A stretch of DNA of 59,141 bases, counting the filler. It is 5 parts of 5 records of this genome, joined end to end, with 100 filler letters (N's around TTAATTAATTAA, not from the genome) between each part and the next. Parts side by side here need not be neighbours in the genome. Positions count along the whole stretch, not along the records: positions 52,970 to 59,141 come from SRR20825019_1363; 4 more parts are not named here. One strand, written 5' to 3'. A program made the translations under genes and the position numbers. Positions 56,001-59,141 of the stretch are shown here, in pieces (within the stretch, counting starts at the first letter, position 1; every line of letters starts with the position of its first letter). The notes under the pieces were generated by a model. It was not told the DNA's origin. It was given only the letters and a program-made list of their open reading frames with translations, and did no database searches.

Positions 56001-56424
56001 ACTCTTGCATGAACTCATCATCCTGATCGGCTACATGTGTCTCCAGAATCCCAATAATCAAGAACTCTTGCAGTGGGGTAGGGCACCCACGCTGCTGTCA
56101 AAGCTTTGCTCTCTGCCTTTCCACTATTTCAGCGACAATTACTACGTCAATGCGTTGTTCCCAACTCTAATAACCTGTTGTTTTAATAATCCCAGGAACC
56201 GCGAGATCCTTCAACAGGAAGTCAGCGTAGACATGGTTAATGGCTTTATTGATGAACATCTTTCCATGTTGAAGAATTCAGATGAGACCGATGCCCTACA
56301 AGAAGAGGGAGAAGCCAAAGCTGATACTGTTCCGGAAAGATATCTACTCAAGAATAGGTTCCCAGTTTTGTCATGGCAAGACGCCAAGATTTTCTTTTCG
56401 ATTTCGACTGTGACTAGCAAGTAA
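53092..56424 (+). CDS. SCAPER: S-phase cyclin A-associated protein in the ER homolog
   Basis: W.YL..NL.RAVDEIY..CE N-domain, LHDKLSSPER, coiled coil, C2H2 finger CRAC..HLGGKRH, C-terminal LCSLPFHYFSD..LFPTLI. Confidence 0.9.
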   Translation: MPSANRRGGRTAEKENSRPEDQKLQANMDSRNTKKFMIPVDNKASPRIGASKPPNPISKSDGHKKSNRKENKKKQNSKKPQAEDGNGGTRHNEQPELKGEMDMRKRLWMYLLSNLYRAVDEIYNLCELEGDKELTEEAIKNLDSCGTHFRNLIATFEIQEEFGKEDNKQPIAWSVRKPSPQHRIPPPPLVVGSPVKTWAQKLFVRQGENAIETEMDLADEGVEEFELSPTEPVDDDCSAWITPGLREKKISWADVMDGEPSTSGFLSDSTARRLHDKLSSPERMRSTSSPELRKKHEEKQLRAHSNRRELENERKKKAQATSDKLKKVEVTQHLKRQSTATTLVDKLDKAEMKREEFLNNVIKKAESERMKVEEVEFINSLSTQNKRLSIEEKLQGSHERRTQHLEAVKKNLNEQLSKEEAARERRKLMEEEKEKRKKSLEQRLEESEQRRQEVMRERLSTTASAEKEEAARARRESLEHERLKKLKEKQMKREEARAALKVPGTTQEDSPGSPGKGKRVARTPASEECGKPVTPRHEASGAPVATPIREEGTIRKHCRACSLEITSEEYLQTHLGGKRHANAVASGKFERDADNVPINVIVDVSVEEAEADGQNGEEDAQKLRWRKKAKKIKARLAASVVPFEEPLNVPESTSKSRLNKTLHELARQMDKKTFEYEVVETALSELGRILEQCREADIAHTRRSRGLHSLVSLCSRQDQVSARLLCLATRSISFLTSDPVVCYMMLAQNMVAPLVRLLADRIKAPKSIDLPSEEAPLPTILLALINIVRYEPATPALAAIQEDIICYAISCGLVHRIRDKFCSVKISLSDYNKETPVIVFRAMSLLEAITLKLRPSPPRVGGEPSSLSSAADLLKIAMRETEHAGIISLLTCILLAGGPAHRPSSPRQIPSNVMAISTSALRALNHLALIDVQAVQEKIGSVFRVEFLHVAIYLITFCADRSIRSEENRELLHELIILIGYMCLQNPNNQELLQWGRAPTLLSKLCSLPFHYFSDNYYVNALFPTLITCCFNNPRNREILQQEVSVDMVNGFIDEHLSMLKNSDETDALQEEGEAKADTVPERYLLKNRFPVLSWQDAKIFFSISTVTSK

Positions 56425-56709
56425 CTTGCTTGTCTCATTGGCATTTTCTGTACCTTAGCAGCGTCGCGAAGTTGCCGAGCTACTGACAATGATAAGCAGA
56501 CTTTACCAAGAAGCATATGTCATAGTAAAGGTCTTCATCCAAATTTAATAGGTTAGTGGAAGATTATAGAATACAACACTGAAAGCTGCTTGCAGGCTTC
56601 ATACGTGCATTTCAATTTCATGTAGGGTACAACAGCACAGTTCGCCTGCTCCAAGCAGCTCTCATCACAAAAAAAAACAAATTCAGAACTCCTGAATTTT
56701 TTGGTAGGC

Positions 56710-58003
56710 TCACTCAGCCAGCCACGGGTGCTTCAACAGATCAGCTGTTGTCAAGCGCTGGTTCGGATCAAGCTGAAGCATTCCGGTTAGCAAGCTAGCG
56801 AATTCGCTGTCAATGTGATACACAGTGCAGTGAACGCGCATAGCGCTCCAAAAGGCAGTATATTGACCAGACTTCCAAGCAAGGAAGAATGGGTCACTTG
56901 ACTCGGCGACTTCCCACGGAGGGAACCCAACTACAATGGTGAATATCGTTCGGCCGAGGGAGAAAACATCGGCGCGATCACCATCGTATGAATCCTTTCC
57001 AAACATCTCAGGAGCCATGTACCCTTGCGAGCCACCACAACCGTTCAGTCGTACACGGGTTTGACCATCCGAGTGTCTATTGGGCACCCAAAGAGCGGGG
57101 TCTGCAAGAACAACCCGGAAGAAGTCGTATAAATCGCTATCAAAGAAGTCGTCCATGGTCCATTCGCCACCAATGGGCTTATCATCAAGGGGATAACCCA
57201 CAAAAATATTCTCCGGCTTAATATCCATGTGATTCATGTGTTTCTCGTCATGAAGGAAGTTCACGGCTTGGATAAGGGTTCTCATCAACTTGCGAACCCA
57301 TTCTGTTGATCTTGTTGCATCTGATGCACTTCCATCACCCGATATATCATAAAGGTCACCAGCCATCATATCGGTAACCATCGCTGTGCAGTCTTCTGAG
57401 TTGACGAGTTTGTGCGCTTTCAAAACGTTCTTATGCGCGCTACGGGTAAGGCCATCGTATTCGTGAATTAGAAGCTTCTTCTCAGAGATGCGGGCCTTCT
57501 TTTCGGCCTCGGTCATTCCTTCGCGATAAGGTGTCACAACTTTGACGCAAACTCTCCTTCCAGCGAACTCGCCACAAGTATCGATTGCTTGGAGCAATAT
57601 CACACCAGACTTCACACCCCGCGAAGCATTCCCCAATAAGCCCACAAACTCATATTTTGAACCGAAAGCGGCCTTCAGTAAAGCCTTGTAGTCATCAGCA
57701 CAATTCAGGGACTGAGGCATGGCCCCCTTAGACTCAGAGCTAGACGTGGCGCGAGCGCTGGGCAAAGCGCGAGCACTCGGCAATAAGGACTTCTTCGAGG
57801 CTGTAGAGCATCCATGGGCGGGAGCAGGTGTGCTTACAACATTGGAGTCTCTATCGCCTTGACTTGGTTTCATTACGTGAAGAGGCATACGAAAGCGTTG
57901 GCCTGTGCAAGATATATGCAGAATACGCGTAAGTAGACATATATTTCCTAATATGACAGACATGTAGGGGGTCAGAATAGCGATCACCAGTGACCAGATG
58001 CAT
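56710..58003 (-). CDS. Ser/Thr protein kinase with atypical motifs; probably two exons (58003-57988 and 57902-56710)
   Basis: VCVK, HMDIKPENIF, GSQGYMAPE, ADVFSLG, HPWL; an 85-nt GT..CAG intron at 57987-57903 joins ATG 58003 in frame. Confidence 0.85.
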
Positions 58004-58244
58004 TACTGTCAACGATCTGAGCGGTCTAGGCGGAGTGCGTGCAGGCTGCCTCCGATGATTTTAGGATTCGGGTTTGGAGGTTTGGTTCGCGTCTCAGAGT
58101 TCGGCACAGTGCAAAACTCTCACACTTGCCGAGCCACGCAACGATTCTAGGGTCTCCCACGAGTGTGAAGGGTGTTCCTGACGTCACTTCTGTTCCAAGC
58201 TTTTTTCAGCCGGACTAAATCCGCCGCCACTTACAACCGTTCCC

Positions 58245-58329
58245 CTTGACTCGCTAAATCGGCATGTCCTTAATCGGCATGCACTTGACCTGTTTAATCG
58301 GCATGCTTGGCCCGCACATAATCGGAGCA
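58245..58329. repeat. Short direct-repeat cluster
   Basis: AATCGGCATG at 58257, 58272 and 58296; degenerate copy at 58320. Confidence 0.75.
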
Positions 58330-59118
58330 ACATACTACCAAATATGGTATGAAAAAATGTGTCCCTCCAGGCGGTCGAGAAGGCATATCTAGCTCTCTTG
58401 GACGATTATCTGTTTATACCGAGGAAATATCGGGCCGATTCAGCTCGATAGTGGGTACAAGGTGTAACCGAAAGGGGAAGCAAAGGTCTGATTAGGCCCG
58501 GATATTTACCGTTCAATTCTAGTCAGGGGAGAGAATTTTCCCACATGCTTTAAGGCCGTCCGATTCGGCCCGAATGCCGGAGCTTTTCTTAAATGTGAAA
58601 TTGTACTGCATTAAGGCGGTTGTCACGTTGTCACTCGGGTCGGATTGGTGGATGTTATCGTCGTGACTCGGGTTTGGCGCCAACAGGACCGTCGACGACG
58701 ACTTATCTGGAAACTTCTGCAATCCCAGGGCCTGGGTTTTTAAACGCAAAATCTCAACAGAAGGTCCCAAAAAATGCCATCTCAACAAATGACGCTGCAT
58801 AGACCCGAATGAACTTTCTCGAGGAGTTGGGGCCAACATGTTTCAAACTGAACCAGTCGTTAGGACTTGTACTGGTGGAACCGAGGCTCCCTAACTCGGA
58901 TCTGTCCTCCCGTTCCCGAGATTGAGGCCAACGCATATTGTGATTCGATCACGAACCGCCCATGACTGTGGTTCGCATGACGGTGTGATCAGTGGAGAAA
59001 TGCTAATGGCATTTTTTAGGGCACTTTCGAAGGGTGCTTTCTCGAGGCTTCCAGGGGCCAGCAATTCGGGAAGGCCGAACCAGGGCGTTTCTCTTATCCT
59101 GTGGCCAACTCATGCCAA

Positions 59119-59141
59119 CCCCCCCCCCCCCCCCCCCCCCC
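59119..59141. repeat. Poly-C tract at window end
   Basis: 23 consecutive C. Confidence 0.9.

Noticed and set aside
58245-58329. CRISPR-like array
   Set aside because: Repeats are only 10 nt with 5-14 nt spacers, in a eukaryotic contig with no cas genes
58519-58936. Short ORFs near the window end
   Set aside because: No motifs, overlapping frames and no coding signal I can support

Overview
This window is not one locus. It is five unrelated contigs joined by 100-nt artificial spacers (44 N + TTAATTAATTAA + 44 N) at 8086-8185, 15139-15238, 42471-42570 and 52870-52969. (1) 1-8085: AT-rich Flavobacteriaceae-like bacterial DNA with two fasciclin lipoproteins, mnmA, a nitronate monooxygenase/FabK-like gene, DUF1456, GNAT, SanA-like and a partial acyl-CoA dehydrogenase. 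(2) 8186-15138: a eukaryote with an ABCC/MRP transporter split by many short GT-AG introns. (3) 15239-42470: intronless, all-minus-strand kinetoplastid-like gene array (Nudix, giant two-domain nucleotide-cyclase-like protein, metallophosphoesterase, SNM1-like nuclease, HIBCH, AGXT2, zinc finger/tRNA-binding fusion, PRI1-like primase, SCP2-thiolase). (4) 42571-52869: compact, all-plus-strand kinetoplastid-like array (two tandem MGME1/RecB/Cas4-like PD-(D/E)xK nucleases, USP, PIWI-tryp Argonaute with an apparently intact DEDH tetrad and an OB-fold insert, TM-TPR protein, adrenodoxin reductase, NTF2 protein). (5) 52970-59141: a eukaryote with SCAPER and an atypical kinase. The best candidate for an undescribed system is the PIWI-tryp plus tandem nuclease neighbourhood, although adjacency in kinetoplastid polycistrons is weak evidence of shared function. 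All family assignments come from motif recognition by eye, not from database searches.
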